Below, piece by piece: positions 11,840-25,320 of a DNA stretch of 64,000 bases; the stretch's first letter is position 1; each line of letters opens with the position of its first letter. A program made the translations under genes and the position numbers. The notes below the pieces were generated by a model, which saw only the letters and a list, made by a program, of their open reading frames with translations, searched no databases and was not told where the DNA came from. This DNA is from Podarcis gaigeae (Eukaryota), in assembly GCA_964106915.2 (NCBI GenBank), contig OZ066916.1; one strand, given 5' to 3'.

Positions 11840-12899
11840 AATGATTTTATGTATTTACCTGTACATAAAATTGTCAAATATTATCAGACGTCTCAAACGT
11901 TAGGCTACTCTTTTGTTATGAGTCAAAGCTGTGTTTGTAAGTTAGGAATTTAACTTTTGCAAAAAATATTCAGCCTTGAAGTTTAGTTACTTTTCGAGAA
12001 CAGAGAAGCTCTAAGAAATAATACAGTGACTGCCTAGCAACCAGGAGAGAACCATTATGTGTGTATGTTTGTGTATGTTTTTGTGCAAATGTGTTTGTTT
12101 GCAGAGGGATAAGAAGCAAAGAAGCAGGTTTGGCCTAGCAGATGAGCAATGTCAGCAGTCTAGACTGTTACTATTTTATTTTGCTACAGACCTGGGCCTA
12201 AACAAATGGAAGATGTTCCCATGGATGTGGAGAGAACAACACTGAGACAACTCAAACCTGGATCTTGGCAGAGAAGAATGCTGTTTTCACAAGCCAATTG
12301 GATTTCTGGTTTCTACGTGAAAGAATAGTATACTATAATAGACTATTACTATAAAAGCATAATATTACTGTAACAGGCTACGGCTATTATTTTCAAGAAA
12401 GTAAATGTCAAAACTTAGTTTTAGTCTTACACTGTCCTCTAGGTGGCAATGAAGTTACATTCATGTATAGCTTCCCAACCCCAACCCCCATCTCTCTGTC
12501 TGGAAAATTATTTCTGAGGCACATTTTTAATTACCATTTTTAGGGTCAGTTCATCCATTATGTTTGTGCTAATTTTTGCAAAACTAGTGCTCTAATATAC
12601 ACATGCAGAGAAACATCATAAATGTGGGACATGACTGACTCCACTGACAGTGGTCTAAGCTACAAAAGAAAATGATATTTTGTACATAATAGATAATATA
12701 CATATATTTGTGAAAGAAAGTTTGTGGTTTTAGTGTGCAAAAAATTACACCAGGGACTGAGTAACCTGATGCCTTAATAGATGTGTATTCAGTGAATGGA
12801 TTGTTTAGTGTCACAAATTGTGCTTCCTTACAGCTTACAATCACATGCAACAAGGTGGAATGTAAGAGAGGTTCAGAGAAGACTAACCCAAGGTCATAC

Positions 12900-13645
12900 A
12901 GTTTCAGGTAATGTTGCCGTGTTGGTCTGTCATAATAAATAACAATGATGAAAGATTTTTTAAAAGAATATTGAAAGATGTTCCAGTAGCAACTTAAAGA
13001 CCAGCTAAGTATAAGCTTTCTAGGTATGAGCTTTCGTGTATATACACACTTATTCAGATACTCTGAAACAGAGGTCACTACAACCTTATAACTGTTGATG
13101 ACTGTGAATGATGGCAGTTTGTTCCACAGAGAAGGGCAAGGGATTTTTAAAGGGATAGATGTCCAAAATTAGCTTTAGCATGTATAATGGGACATGGATC
13201 CAATATCTCTGTTCAGACCAGGTCTCTCCATTGTTTTTAGTTTGGTAATGAGTTGTAATTCAGCAACTTCTCTTTCAAGTGTATTTCTAAAATTCTTTTG
13301 CAATAAGACAGCTACTTTTAAGATCTTGTATAGAATGTCCTGGGAGACTGAAGTGTTCTCCTATTGGTTTCTCTGTTTTATGATTCCTGATGTCATTATG
13401 TCCATTTATTCTTTGGCGTAAGGTTTGTCCTGTTTGTCCAATATAGAGAGCTGAAGGGCACTGTTGGCCTTTGAAAGCATATATAATGTTGGAAGATGAA
13501 CAATTAAATAGGCCTGAGATGGTATGTTTGATGTTATTGAGGCCAATAATGATGTTGTCCAGGTATATGTGGCAGCAAAGTTGGCATCTAGATTTATTGC
13601 AGGCTCTTGTGCCAGTGTCCAGGAATTTGAACTATGATATTAACT
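12900..13645 (-). mobile_element. Penelope-like element (Neptune-type) 3' fragment: GIY-YIG endonuclease plus pseudo-LTR
   Basis: Minus translation ACNKSRCQLCCHI...NIIYAFKGQQCPSALYIGQTGQTLRQRINGH...PIGEHFSLPGH...EREVAELQLITKLKTMERPGLNRDIG (one frameshift, stop 13175-13177), followed by a pseudo-LTR with a hammerhead motif. Confidence 0.9.
13024..13061 (-). ncRNA. Minimal hammerhead ribozyme of the Penelope pseudo-LTR, with a core variant
   Basis: GUAU-CUGAAUA-A-GUGUG(UAUA)UACAC-GAAA-GCUC-AUAC: stem I GUAU/AUAC, stem II hairpin, GAAA core, self-complementary AGCU stem III, UC cleavage site. Core is CUGAAUA rather than CUGAnGA. Confidence 0.75.
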
Positions 13646-13647
13646 GT

Positions 13648-13770
13648 TCATAAGAAGGTAAGAACAGCCTGCTGGATCAGGAAATGGCCTATCTAGTCCA
13701 GCATCCTATTCTCCCAGTAGCCAACCTGCGGCCTGCCTTTGGGAAACCTGCAAACAGGACCCAAGCACAA
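13648..13770 (-). mobile_element. Old CR1-type LINE 3'-end fragment (similar fragment at about 21346-21510)
   Basis: cataagaa...gcctgctggatcagg...ctagtccagcatcct motif, recalled as the antisense 3' end of squamate CR1; two similar copies in the window. Confidence 0.5.
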
Positions 13771-16700
13771 GAGCTAACCAGCCTATATTTGGCTTGTGTT
13801 TTGTGTACCCCAGATAGAAATTCAGCCATCGTACCTGACAGCTGGTCAGGGGCGGTGGTAGGTGTATGTCTAGAATATGTAGCCATTTTTTCTTCTTCCT
13901 TTGCATGGAACAGCAGATTGCTGATATTCTGGCAGGGCTATCACATGCAGTTACAACTTCTTTGTGCTTATAGAGCTGCATAAGGGTAACTGAATATTAA
14001 AGTATTTTTAGAAAAATTGGTGCTTGGAAATTAGACTTCATTTTCTTGATCCTATTAAACATTGAGCTATTGATCAGGTTTTCACCCCCCCAGTTTGGGA
14101 AACTAGGATAAATGAACTCAACACTGCTCTGTTTAATCTTCTGCGTTAAGAAAAATAATTGTATTGTTTCCACACCCCTTCCCTTAGGTGGAAAGGTGCA
14201 TTAGACACTGCCCAAGATTAAGAAGCACTGGTTCTGGGAACTGACTCCATCCTTCCTGTTAGATTTATCACATCAGCTGTGTCACTTCATATTTGCACAG
14301 GTCACATGCAAGCTTTTTTGAAAATGCTGAGTTATTACATTTTGTACATGTCAACATTTCAGCTTTAAAAAATGGAACACATTTTTAGTTTTTTTAAAAA
14401 TCAACCATTTATAAATCTGAAATATATTTTATTTTAGGAAACATTAACTGTATTAAGCTTTTAGAACAAGGAAGGGAAAATATAAATCAAAGCACATAAT
14501 GATAGATAGTGGATCTGTGGATTTTCTCTTGTGTTTCAAATGAGAAAGGAGTCACAGACACACCTGCTAGTTACGGTGTAAGAAAACCCCTATTATATCT
14601 TCTTAGATATTGATCAGGAGGAAATCTGTATTTACACCTTTAGAAAATAACCAGCTTATTTGAGAAAAAGAATTTATCCTTATCTCAGGTTGTCTTCATA
14701 GCACATTTCAGTTGCTTCAACAATTTAAAGATTTTTTTAAAGAAATTAAATCTTATTCTTTGTACTGATGTGTAGAACTGAGCAATCTTCAGCCTTTTTG
14801 TAGTTCCTAGGTTTATTGTTTAACCAAAGGCCATGACAAACTTGTATCAATCAATAGTGTTAATAAAATAATACAAAACATACATCTACAATACAAAAAT
14901 CTGCAAAGACTTTGCCTGTACATTAAAACATAGTTTCCCTTGTGCATCTCTGGCAACTCCAATCTGAATATTATTTTGCTTTTTAAAAATCCATTTTTGT
15001 TGCTCTAAGTACATATATTGAATGTGGCACATTTGTGCACTTGACCCTTTTAGACCTCTTCACATTGACCTGGGAGTAGGCATCATTGAATGTGGTGGGA
15101 TTTGATTCTGAGTAGAGATGGCCATTTTTAGTTCTCTCAGTTTCTCCTTTTCCCAATCTTAAATTCAGTTCTCCATATTTCTGCAGCAAGTTGTGATTTT
15201 AAAAAAATCCTCAAAAATAAATAAATCAGCATTTCAGTTCAAATTTGTTCTAAGAAACACATGCTTGTACTGTATGCAGTTTTGAATAATGCAAGCCATT
15301 TCCCTAACAATGAATTTTTATGTTACTTTCATGAATATGTTCATTTTTATGCACACTTTCTCCCAATATTTTTGGATACATTGGTTGGAGAAATGCATTG
15401 CAGAATTCAGATATGTACAAATTTCTAAGGATGACTATGTTTCAGTTCTCACAGGGTTTTGGAATGTGTGCATTTGATAGATTCACCTTTAAATGTGAAC
15501 AGAATCAAATTTCTTCCCCATCCCTAATTCTGAGTATACAGGTTGGCACAGGAAGAAGCTTAGATTTGTCTACCATTCCATTTGCAAATGCCACATTTTG
15601 GAGTAGTGTACCCTTGCTAGGCAATCTTAACTCCTACTGATTAATCTCCTGCCTTAGGGCCAAACCTGATGCTACACCCAGATGTGTGTAGATTTACCAC
15701 TGTGAAAAGCAGCATTGGGATGCCCCAACAAAGAACAGAAAAAATGGCATGGGGGAAACACATTTAACTCTTTCCCTTTTGGTTGTTTTTTCCTACTTAA
15801 AATAAGACACCCTTCCTCTTCTCCCTAAGCTAGGGAAGAAATAGCTTGGGTGGGTAGTTGAAGTGAGCAGGTAAATGGCAAGAGGAGTCAGTGTTAAGGA
15901 CTTCTCCTTGACATTCTTCCACCCTTGCATTACAGCCAGGAAAGGCTACTTTTAATTTGAAAAACTCATGAGAAATCTACATGATCTTTTGCACAAGATC
16001 TAGTTTAGCCCTCATATTTTCAAATCATCTAGCAGTCCATTGCACAGTTCCTACTCAAACTGCCATTGTTTTTATGCCACCCCTTGTATTATATGTAAAT
16101 GCTAATTATATAATGCAGTAACATATCTGAATTGCTTGTCCACGTCCTACTGACCAGAAGCCTTTGATCATTTATATATTAGTTGTGTAAGGGCACCAGA
16201 TCGAAATCATGCATGTCATTGTTCTTTTTTAAAAAGAAGTAAACACTAACACTTTCTCTAAGGTTATCTTATTGTATGTGAACTTTACAGATGATGAGAA
16301 AACTATTTCATAGATTACATTACAGTATTAGGATTATTCCATCAATTATCCCTCTGCTTTTTTTGGAACTGGCATTTTCCTTCCGTCAAACTCTTTTAGG
16401 ACAGCCGGACTCTCAGATGTTTATCAGTTCCTTCATGTGGAGCATAACACAGCACATGTGTGACTACTCTGGTGCTGACATGATAAAACATATTGCAGAA
16501 GAAGAGAGACAGCTGTGGACAGAAAGTTTCCAGTATTGTTATAAGATACTTTCCAAGAATCATCTTGCAGCCTAAGAAGAAGCCTAGTGTCACTTTGTAC
16601 AAAGCTCGTTTTACTTACCTAGTCAGACTGGAGAAGTTTGAGCAGAACTTGTAAAATAAGGGCTTTGACTTTGCAAACTATAGACACCATAGAAATTTCA

Positions 16701-19700
16701 AATTTGTAAAGAAGTTAAAGGTAAGACGTAATTGAATTCTCAAGAAGAGAGAGGTTTAAATTTGAATCATGATGTAGCCTCTACTAAAGCTATATAAATA
16801 TAATAAATAGGAGAAAACCGATTCATGTAATGGGCGGAATCAAGACACAACTGCTTTTGGCTCACAGATGGGCTCTTTGAATCCCAGCTGATAAGTATAA
16901 AATTACACTTATCTTTGTAGAACCATGAATATGTTTCTTGTTTGCATAAGCCACACATAGGCTTGTCTCTGTGCCATATATCACGGTTTTTAGAATGGTT
17001 TCGTTTGTTCCTTACAGCTGCTTATTCCTACCACACAAATGACAGGAATTCTATTTCTCAAATCTTTGAAGAAAGATAAAGATCTTGACCTCTCTTATGC
17101 CGAATGGATGAATGAGTTTTCCACCACAGATCTGATGGAAAAATCTGATATTGTTTAAACAGGAAGTACTAATTGAAAGTGGATGGGATGAAATGAGAAA
17201 CATAAAAGAACAGCACAAGCTCCCAAAGGGGTGGGGCGGTTATTTTCTCTTCAGTGTTTACATTTTCCACAGATTGCTTCTAAGTCAGCTACTTTGCTTT
17301 ACAACTCTGATTAAGAAGTAGATAGTAATAGAGACATGTTTTTAAGAAGGGTGGTAAAGGGTAGTTCAAGCCTCAGATAATCACTCCCCAGATTAGGATG
17401 CTGGCATCTCCCCAAAGCGGAACCACTTCTTCTTCCAAATACCCATCTTGTTGGCATTAGGGGGAAATAAGGTAGTGTGTTCCAGAGGGTTGGATTTAGC
17501 TCTGATGCTAATCCTTACTTGGCCATGGTCCCTTGGAACTTGTCCACTACATTTGGGAAGGTATATTGCCGTTCACAATTTACATATTTTCTCCAGGAAG
17601 CACCAGCTGATATAACTTCTGTTTAGTCGAGTAAGCATGATTGCTAGGTAAAATACAAAGTGGCCTTGGGATTTAGGAATGAGGAGAATCATCAATTCCT
17701 CTCAAAGGTTTTATGCAGTACAGTTACTCAGATTTAATTGTGCAAATCAACAGAATACATGCAGATCTGCATATCCTAGACATGTTAATATGAATGCCTT
17801 TCCTTTAACATCACACACACACACAGCATTTTTCCCTGACAGGAATCAAGGCAGTTTATGTATAAAAACATGAATCTTTTTTTTCTTTTTTTTAAACCAA
17901 CCTATTAAACATTGCTAGAACTAAAACTGTGAGCATATATAAAATCTGTTTGAAACATACAAACAATTGCAATAAAAACAGCATGGCACCAGCCCTTTCA
18001 TAAAAAGTCAATTCCCAAAAGGCTGTTGGAACAAGAAAGTCTTCACCTGCCAGCAGAAGGACAAGGAGGAAGCCCATCTAGCTTCTTGAGGGAGGGAGTT
18101 CCAGAGTCTGGGAGCAGCCACATGTAGGCAATGTTATCTTCTTTGCAGTGCCCGCTGACAATACTATAACCATTTAAGGTGGATCAAAAGTGACTGAAAG
18201 CAGAGAGGGGCAGGTAGGTAAACAGAACCCAAAGGCACCAGAACCTTCATCCTCAACATGCTGTTTTCAATCTAGATTTATTCTAGATCCTGCCATCCAG
18301 AAAGGTAGGTGTGGTTACTTGATACACTGCCCTGCTTGATTAAGTTGTCTATGCCTTTTATGCTTTGCCCCCCTACAGGAATTGGGATTGGGGGGAATCT
18401 TATCCCTCCCAGTAAATTTTGAATAGGAACAAAGTGTTATGGCCAAATTATCTTTCTATATCAGTCCTTCACTCTTCTCTCCACTCTCCAAAACCTTCCC
18501 GTATGAATTCTTTAGTGTTCTGGATATCATAAAAGTTCAGAAGAGCAGCTAGCTGGTGATTTATTTTTTATTGTGCAGGGCTATAAAGTTAAAATTGGCT
18601 TAATCTATAAACAAAAGTGGGATAATTGTGAATATAACAAAGTAATTACTAAATATAAGCACATTCTTCGTTGCTCTGAGTTATTTTAGTATACCTATTT
18701 TAACTGCTTACTATCATCCATAATAATACACCCAGTCTGTTTCCCCAAGGGCTGACAAATTATCTGAGACCCAGTACTGAAGGCTGTGTTGCCTTGCTAT
18801 GTGGGTGGGGAAAACGAAGCCTACTAGGAAAGACTGGAATGATATTTACATTCTGTGGCTGCCGTTGTGACATATATAGGTGGAAATACATACATCAGCT
18901 GTTATTGTACAGATGCTCTTTCTTTTAGTTACAAGGGAGTTAGTAGTCTGGGGAAGAATGCAATAAAACATACATCCATGTTTTGACCTTTTTTTCTTTT
19001 TCATTGCTTTTTCTTATTTTAATTTTTTGGGGAGGAATAAAGCATAACAAACCATCAAATGTGGTATTTACTGAAGGGCCTTATCCAAACATCATAAACC
19101 ATTTCCAAACTTCAGGTAAATCTGTTCTCTTCTCATGTGACATGTTGTAATATCTCCATCTGTCTTGTAATAAGGCTTCTGTTGAAATTGTACAGTTCTG
19201 TTAGCATAGCTTTTGTTCTCAATATCAGTAACCTCCTTACAATCCTTTTCCCTCCACAAATACATCCCATCACACAAAGCCTGGCAACTCTGACACTGTG
19301 GACTTTGTTTCCTCTTCCTGCCTTCCTGTGGGGTCGCCTGTTTTTACTAGTGATGATGGGTGATAACTCCTTGGCTTGGTTTGAAAAATATTTGGGGGTT
19401 TTCAAGCTTCCTTAAGTAAACTTTAAAAAAAAATAATTTTCAGTATTCTTGAGAAAAGTTCAAACAAACAATTCCCAAATAGGTGAAACACATATAGTCC
19501 AGGCCCACCAGACAAAGGACAGGACTGCCAAGGGGTCTGCCCAGTGGGCACATGGGACTTCGCCAAATATGGTCCTCCAGGGAGCATGAGATATCTGGTT
19601 TCTCATAGAGGCTCCCCACATAATTCAGAACCCTGAAGAATCACTGGAAGTGATATGAATTCCCATTAAAATTTATGGACCTAAGTTAGTCATGGCCATA

Positions 19701-21908
19701 ATTCTAAAAGGTCTAATCTTGGCAAAAGTTTCTTGAATACAATCCTATACAAATTTCTAGAAATATTCTCAAAGCAGTTAGCAATAAAATAATAACAATA
19801 AACTCGTATAGCAGAGTTTGAAATGCTCTATGTATACTTGTTATATTAGTATATCGGGTATCCATTGGCATATGGGTGACACCACACCAGCGATGTCCAT
19901 ATCATAACTGGTGATGTGCCATACTTCCTCTTCCACCCCTATGCCATTTTTTTGGTGGGATAACCAGCCTCAGATAACCAACATGCTTAAGTCTAATTAA
20001 TGCATGAAGGGGTTAATACCATAGAGTTAGCTGTCCTCCCAGGCTTAGCTGAATCCACTTCCCCTCACCTTGAGAGGAACTAGGTAATCAAGCCTTTGTT
20101 CTCTCCTCACTCTACCTGAGAAGCTCAACATGGGGAGAGGTTTGAGCTGGTTGTTCTGGCTCAGCTGCGTGGTTCTCACAAGCTACTCTTGAGTTCCTAT
20201 GCCAATAATTTAGGAACTTTTACCACTTTGTAACTACTGGTAAGTTAAGTTTTAATGTCTGTGTTCTGAAGTGCATGAACTTGACCTTTGAAGAGTTTGT
20301 AAGTAAACAATTTTTAATTTATCAAACATGGTTTCTTCCTGTGCAGGTAGAAGAGAGAAACTTTAGGAAGAAGTTTTTTAAGGGGACATTTTGCAACCCA
20401 CTTAGAAGGGCATATTTTAAAGGTCCAACAGCCTATATTTCTGTGCTTTACTTCGCTGCATATTTTGAGATTTTAAATCTCTGCTGAAGTTCTCTCACCA
20501 GAGTTCTTGCCCCAAACCTGGATTTTAGCATCCAGGAATCCTTTCTATATTTTTCTTTTGCACCAACAGTTCTGAAATCTTATTTTTTTAAAATGCATTT
20601 GATTTTAATGTTTTAATGCTTTAAAAAATCTGAATACCCTTCCACTTTTCACATTTTCATTGAGGTAGACGTTAAGTAAAATTTGAAACAACTAAAACAC
20701 TCTTATCATTTCATGTTTGTTTTTCTTCATTGATTTTCAGGAATCTATTTCATTTCAGGGAGTGAGGGAGTACAGGTCTCTTGCTCGAAAATAATTAATC
20801 ACATATCACATATTCTAAATAGACATTTCTCTGCACAATTGAAAGCTATTTAAGATAGCTGCTTTACAAGTGGGTAAAACTAGTTTCTGTTGCATCTATT
20901 TAAAAATATTTACAATGTTTATGAGCTGTAGCCAAGCAGTACTCACTAAGCGACATGAGCTGCTGCTTATATAAAAGTGATATCAGCAGCTGCTTATATA
21001 AAAGTTAAGTGGCAGGCTTTGGGGGTGGGTTTTTTTCCTATGTTTAAGAAAACACAATAACACAGCACAGCAATCTGTCTTCCCACCCCAACCCTCAAGC
21101 AAGGCTATTTCCTTATTTGTTGTGTAGAGACAGTTGACAAATAATAAAACTGGATATTTCCAGCTTTAAGGGCAGATCTTCCAAAGAACATTGCAGTTAC
21201 GCCAACAAGTCCCACCTCAAGTTGTTCTTTACCCTTCTGTGCATCTAGTTCTGTGTACCCTGGGTTCTGACATTGTCACAATGTGTTTCTCTGATTTTTG
21301 TTATTAGCTCTGGCTGGCAAAGAAAATGTACCGTGTTATCCTAAACATATAAGAAAAGCCTTCTGGATCAGGCAAGTGGCTCACCTAGTCCACCATTTTG
21401 TTATTACAAGACACCTATGGAAGCCCACAAACTAGGATCTGGGCTCAACCATACTCTCCCCTGGTATTCAGAATCATACCTCCAGCAGTGGAGGTAGAAC
21501 ATAATCACTAGGGTGGGGTACCAACTTGAATAAAATAATGGGGGAGAAGGGACAGGTAAGGCCCGTCCCACATAAATGATCATGAGATGTGGTACATGCA
21601 CACCATCTGAATGGCAATGCCCATCAACTTTGAGACGGCAGCCCCCTTAATTATTTTAGGGGGAGAGCGGAGGGACCTTGGCCCCAGGAGTTGGTTAGTA
21701 ATGTTATTGTATTGACCCAGGCTATGGCCTGAAGGCACATGAGGCAGTGGCCTTAATGACGCTAATTAGGTCTGGATCTAGTTAGTGCTTTGCATGGGTA
21801 TGCCACCTGGGGCTCCATGACGGGAGAAAGGTGGGGTAGAAATGCAAGAAAATACATACATACATATATACATACATACGCAAGCAAGCTGCAAGGCACA
21901 TTAAACTA

Positions 21909-22162
21909 CAGCCATACCTTGGGATAAATATGCTTCAGGATGAATATTTTCGGGTTGCGCTCCGCGGTGACCCGGAAGTAACGGAGCATGTTACTTCCGG
22001 ATTTTGCCGTGTGCGCATGTGCAGACACTCAAAATGGTGTCACATGCATGCTCGGAAGTGCCGAAACACGACACGCGCAGATGCGCAGACACGGGTTACA
22101 TTCGCTTCGGGATGCGAACGGGGCTCCAGAACGAATCCCTTTTGCATCCCGAGGTACCACTG
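21909..22162. mobile_element. Tc1/mariner (Tigger-like) MITE
   Basis: TA|CAGCCATACCTTGGGAT...ATCCCGAGGTACCACTG|TA: imperfect TIRs with TA duplication; CpG-rich interior with CCGGAAGT motifs. Confidence 0.8.
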
Positions 22163-22469
22163 TAGATGCTATGGAGAGGTGTCACTCAAAAGTGGGGCTG
22201 CCATAATTGGAAGCAGTGCCATGTTTTTGGTACTGCAACGTGTTGCTGCACACTAAAGGTATGTAAAACGAGAATCAATGAGGATAGATTGTCTTATATT
22301 GATGGGGGAAATTGTGCTTGCTCCTGTTCTGCACAACCAGTGAAAGATACAGGAGCTGTATTCGTCATATATTATAGCTAGAGGTGGACAGACATGCCCA
22401 TTTTTGTTTCTTTCAGTTTCTTACTTTCCCTGCCTTAAGTTCCATCCAACACATTTCTGCATCAGTTCA

Positions 22470-22752
22470 CAGAGGCATAGTGTGTGGGGTTCCAGGGGGC
22501 TGTGGCCCCATGTGCATGATTTTTGAGGGGTGCAAACCAGGCACCGCCATGCGCAGGCACTCCTATGATGGCCCGGTGCTCTTCTCTGCCACCAAGGGCC
22601 ACATTGGCCAGCCAAGCTTTCCCCTGCGCAGGTGGCAGCTCAGCATGGCCCCACTTTGCTCCAGTGAGGGTGGGGTTGCTCTGGTGGCATCGGTAACGGG
22701 ACTGGGCTGGTGCCCCCCAACTGGCACAGCGGCAACCAACGCTATGCCACTG
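22470..22752. mobile_element. hAT-type MITE nested in an older AT-rich repeat (about 22380-23010)
   Basis: TIRs CAGAGGCATAG...CTATGCCACTG; 8-bp TSD TCAGTTCA/TCAGTTTG. Confidence 0.7.
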
Positions 22753-24699
22753 TCAGTTTGTGAATATCTTTTAAGCACTTATAAAAAATTATCAGCACTT
22801 TAGTATGCAATGCTCCTAATATAAACATTATTTCTCTGTAATATGCACCTTTTTGCAAGCAGTACCCTTAATATAATGCATTTCGGGGTACAATTTTCAC
22901 TAATGTGTGCATTGTTATGCATACTTTGTCCTAATGCATGCATCCTCATAGACATTACTTGGTTGAAGAGCTGTATGAATTAGGTGCACATTAAAATGTG
23001 AACCTTAATTATGGCAACCCAAATTGGTGCCTCCATGACAGACCAGTTGCAAAGAGTTCTTGAAGCCATTAAGAGCACTGGCAGTGAGATACAAGAATCT
23101 TGGTGTTCTGGCTGTGTTCTTGTTCTTCCAAGTGCAGTTTCTCTGGAGCTATTTGAAAAAGTAATGAATGGATTATCATACATGTGTCGGTGTAAGAAGA
23201 CCCAAATACATCAAGATCCCCTGAAGCGGCCCTGGAGTCTACAGATGTTCTCTCAGAAAGAGACATGTATATTTTAGATCTTGCATTAATTTTTACTGCA
23301 TCTTCAGACACACACTTGGCCCAGGAGAGTGCACCTGTGCCTTTAGAAAAGATAAGAACAAGACTGAGAGCCTAAGACATGTGGTACAGGACACAAGGAG
23401 AATGAGAATGTACTTGGGAGCCTTAACTTCTTCCAGACATCACAGGCAGACATCACAGCCCGTTAAGTAACTTTAGGATCACATTAAAGATACCTGTCTT
23501 ACAAGTCAAACCTGTTTTTGTTGTTGAATCTATTCCATGGTGTATTCTAAATAGTTTTGATGGTCATGTGTTATATCTTAGACCCTCCACTGCAGTCCTG
23601 AAGCTGCCTTTGTGGTTGCACAATAGGCCTTAATACCTATATCCATGAACACACTTGCTCTTTCAGCGGCACACTAGGGATTGCCTCCATCTTTTCCCTA
23701 CATACTGCCCTGCAAAGAGTCCTTAAAGCTTCCCAATCCTATAACAGTACTTTTGCTTAGATCAGAAAAGTCACACTCATAATACAATGCTGCATTATTC
23801 TATCTGTACTGTGCAGCAGTTTCTTACATTTAGCCATTTGTTGCACTTCTATGTGGCATGTTTTGAAAAAGGGACACTAGGTCATGTTAGCTGATTTTAA
23901 CATGCTGAACTTTTGTGGTGACTCCATTCTTGCACCAGGGTGTTCAGTGGGCCACAGACACAACCACAAAACCAACCCAATGACGCAGATTGGCATGTGA
24001 CATAAACAAGCTGAGAGAGACCAGAAAGTCAGCAATGAACTCTCAGGAACTGCTCTTTTTGTTTTGTTAAGACAAACATTTCATATTTCATAACCGTGTA
24101 AAATGCATGGGAATTTAGCGTGTCCAGTTTCATTGTTTTCAAAGGAGCATGGCAACATTTGTGTTTGCAGTATATTTTATATATGGGAATATTTCACCTT
24201 TATTTGTGTATGTGGGTGTACTTTCTTTTATGTGTTGGTCTGTCCTATGAATGTTTATTCAGTTGTAAAGTTTCACTGTATTCTAATGGACTCTACTCTG
24301 AAGTAAGTTCTAATGAAACAGATATATAGTATGTGATATAACTAGAGAGGTGGATAGATAATGTGATAATTGGGCATAATCATGGATTGTGTATATAACC
24401 ATGTACCTGTGCATAAATAGATTTAGCTTCAGATCCCAGACTTGAGGTCTGTCATGGCACATATCCAGCTTTGGCATATTCTTAAGTTGGGAATGTTATT
24501 TATTTATTTAGTAAGTAAGTAAGTAAGTAAGTAAGTACCCCATCTTTCCTTGAGAACCTTCCCTAAGCAGCTAACAGAAGTAAAATCATTATGAACTATC
24601 AAGTCAATATAACATATCACACCACATGAAACCAGAGCCAATGAAACAACAAAAACATCAGTCAGTTAAAACCGGCATGATCAGAAATGCACACAGCAG

Positions 24700-25320
24700 C
24701 AAAGAAAAATGAATTGTGTCTGAATTAGGAAGTTTTCATCTGCCGACAGAAGGTAATTGGAGAGGGGTCTAGACAAGCCTCCCTCAGAAAGGGCTCTAGA
24801 GTGTGTCTCTCTACCCCCTGCCAAAAGTGTATTGTGTGTTGATGGGGCTGAAATGAGCTTCTCTTGAAGATTTTATAACCATGTCAGCTTATATGGGAGA
24901 GGGTGATCTTTCAAGTAACGTGGTCCCAAGTTGTTTAGGGTTTGATGGGTCATAACCAGCATTAATAACCCTGACCCAGTTTAGCAGCCAGTGAAGCTGC
25001 TATAACCATAGGGTCACGTATTTGCTGTAACTGGCTCTGGTCAAGAATCTGGCTGCAACACCCTGAACCAGCTTCAGAGGCAGCCCCATAAAGAGCACAT
25101 TACATAGCCCAAACAATACAAAACTAAGGATTGTATTAGTAATCGTGGTAAACCTGACATCTCCAAGAACGAACCTAGTTAATGCACTGTTCTTAGCTGT
25201 GCAAAGATGCTCTTGGCCACCGAAACCTGGGCTGAGGGATGCATCTGCAATAATACCCAAATGGAAAACTGGAATCTTCAAGGGGAGTACAGTTGAATCC
25301 TAGACAAGCTGAAACCACAT
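24700..25320 (-). mobile_element. Degenerate L2 LINE 3' fragment
   Basis: Minus translation remnants LGII.DASLS and GLPLKLVQGVAARFLT resemble the C-terminus of the young L2 at 31934-33404. Confidence 0.65.

Larger units (their letters stand above)
12190..17158 (+). pseudogene. Candidate decayed multi-exon gene or spliced lncRNA divergent from AHI1 (putative exons 12190-12400, 14188-14300, 16291-16720, 17018-17158)
   Basis: Pyrimidine-rich AG acceptors; donors gtaaat, gtcaca (weak) and gtaaga. Reading phases chain across exons with few stops, including a 94-codon and a 46-codon open stretch. No homologue recognised. Confidence 0.3.

Noticed and set aside
19953-20500. Possible solo LTR (TGGTGGGA...TCTCACCA ends)
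   Set aside because: LTR-like composition but no target-site duplication and no partner copy in the window, so it cannot be supported.
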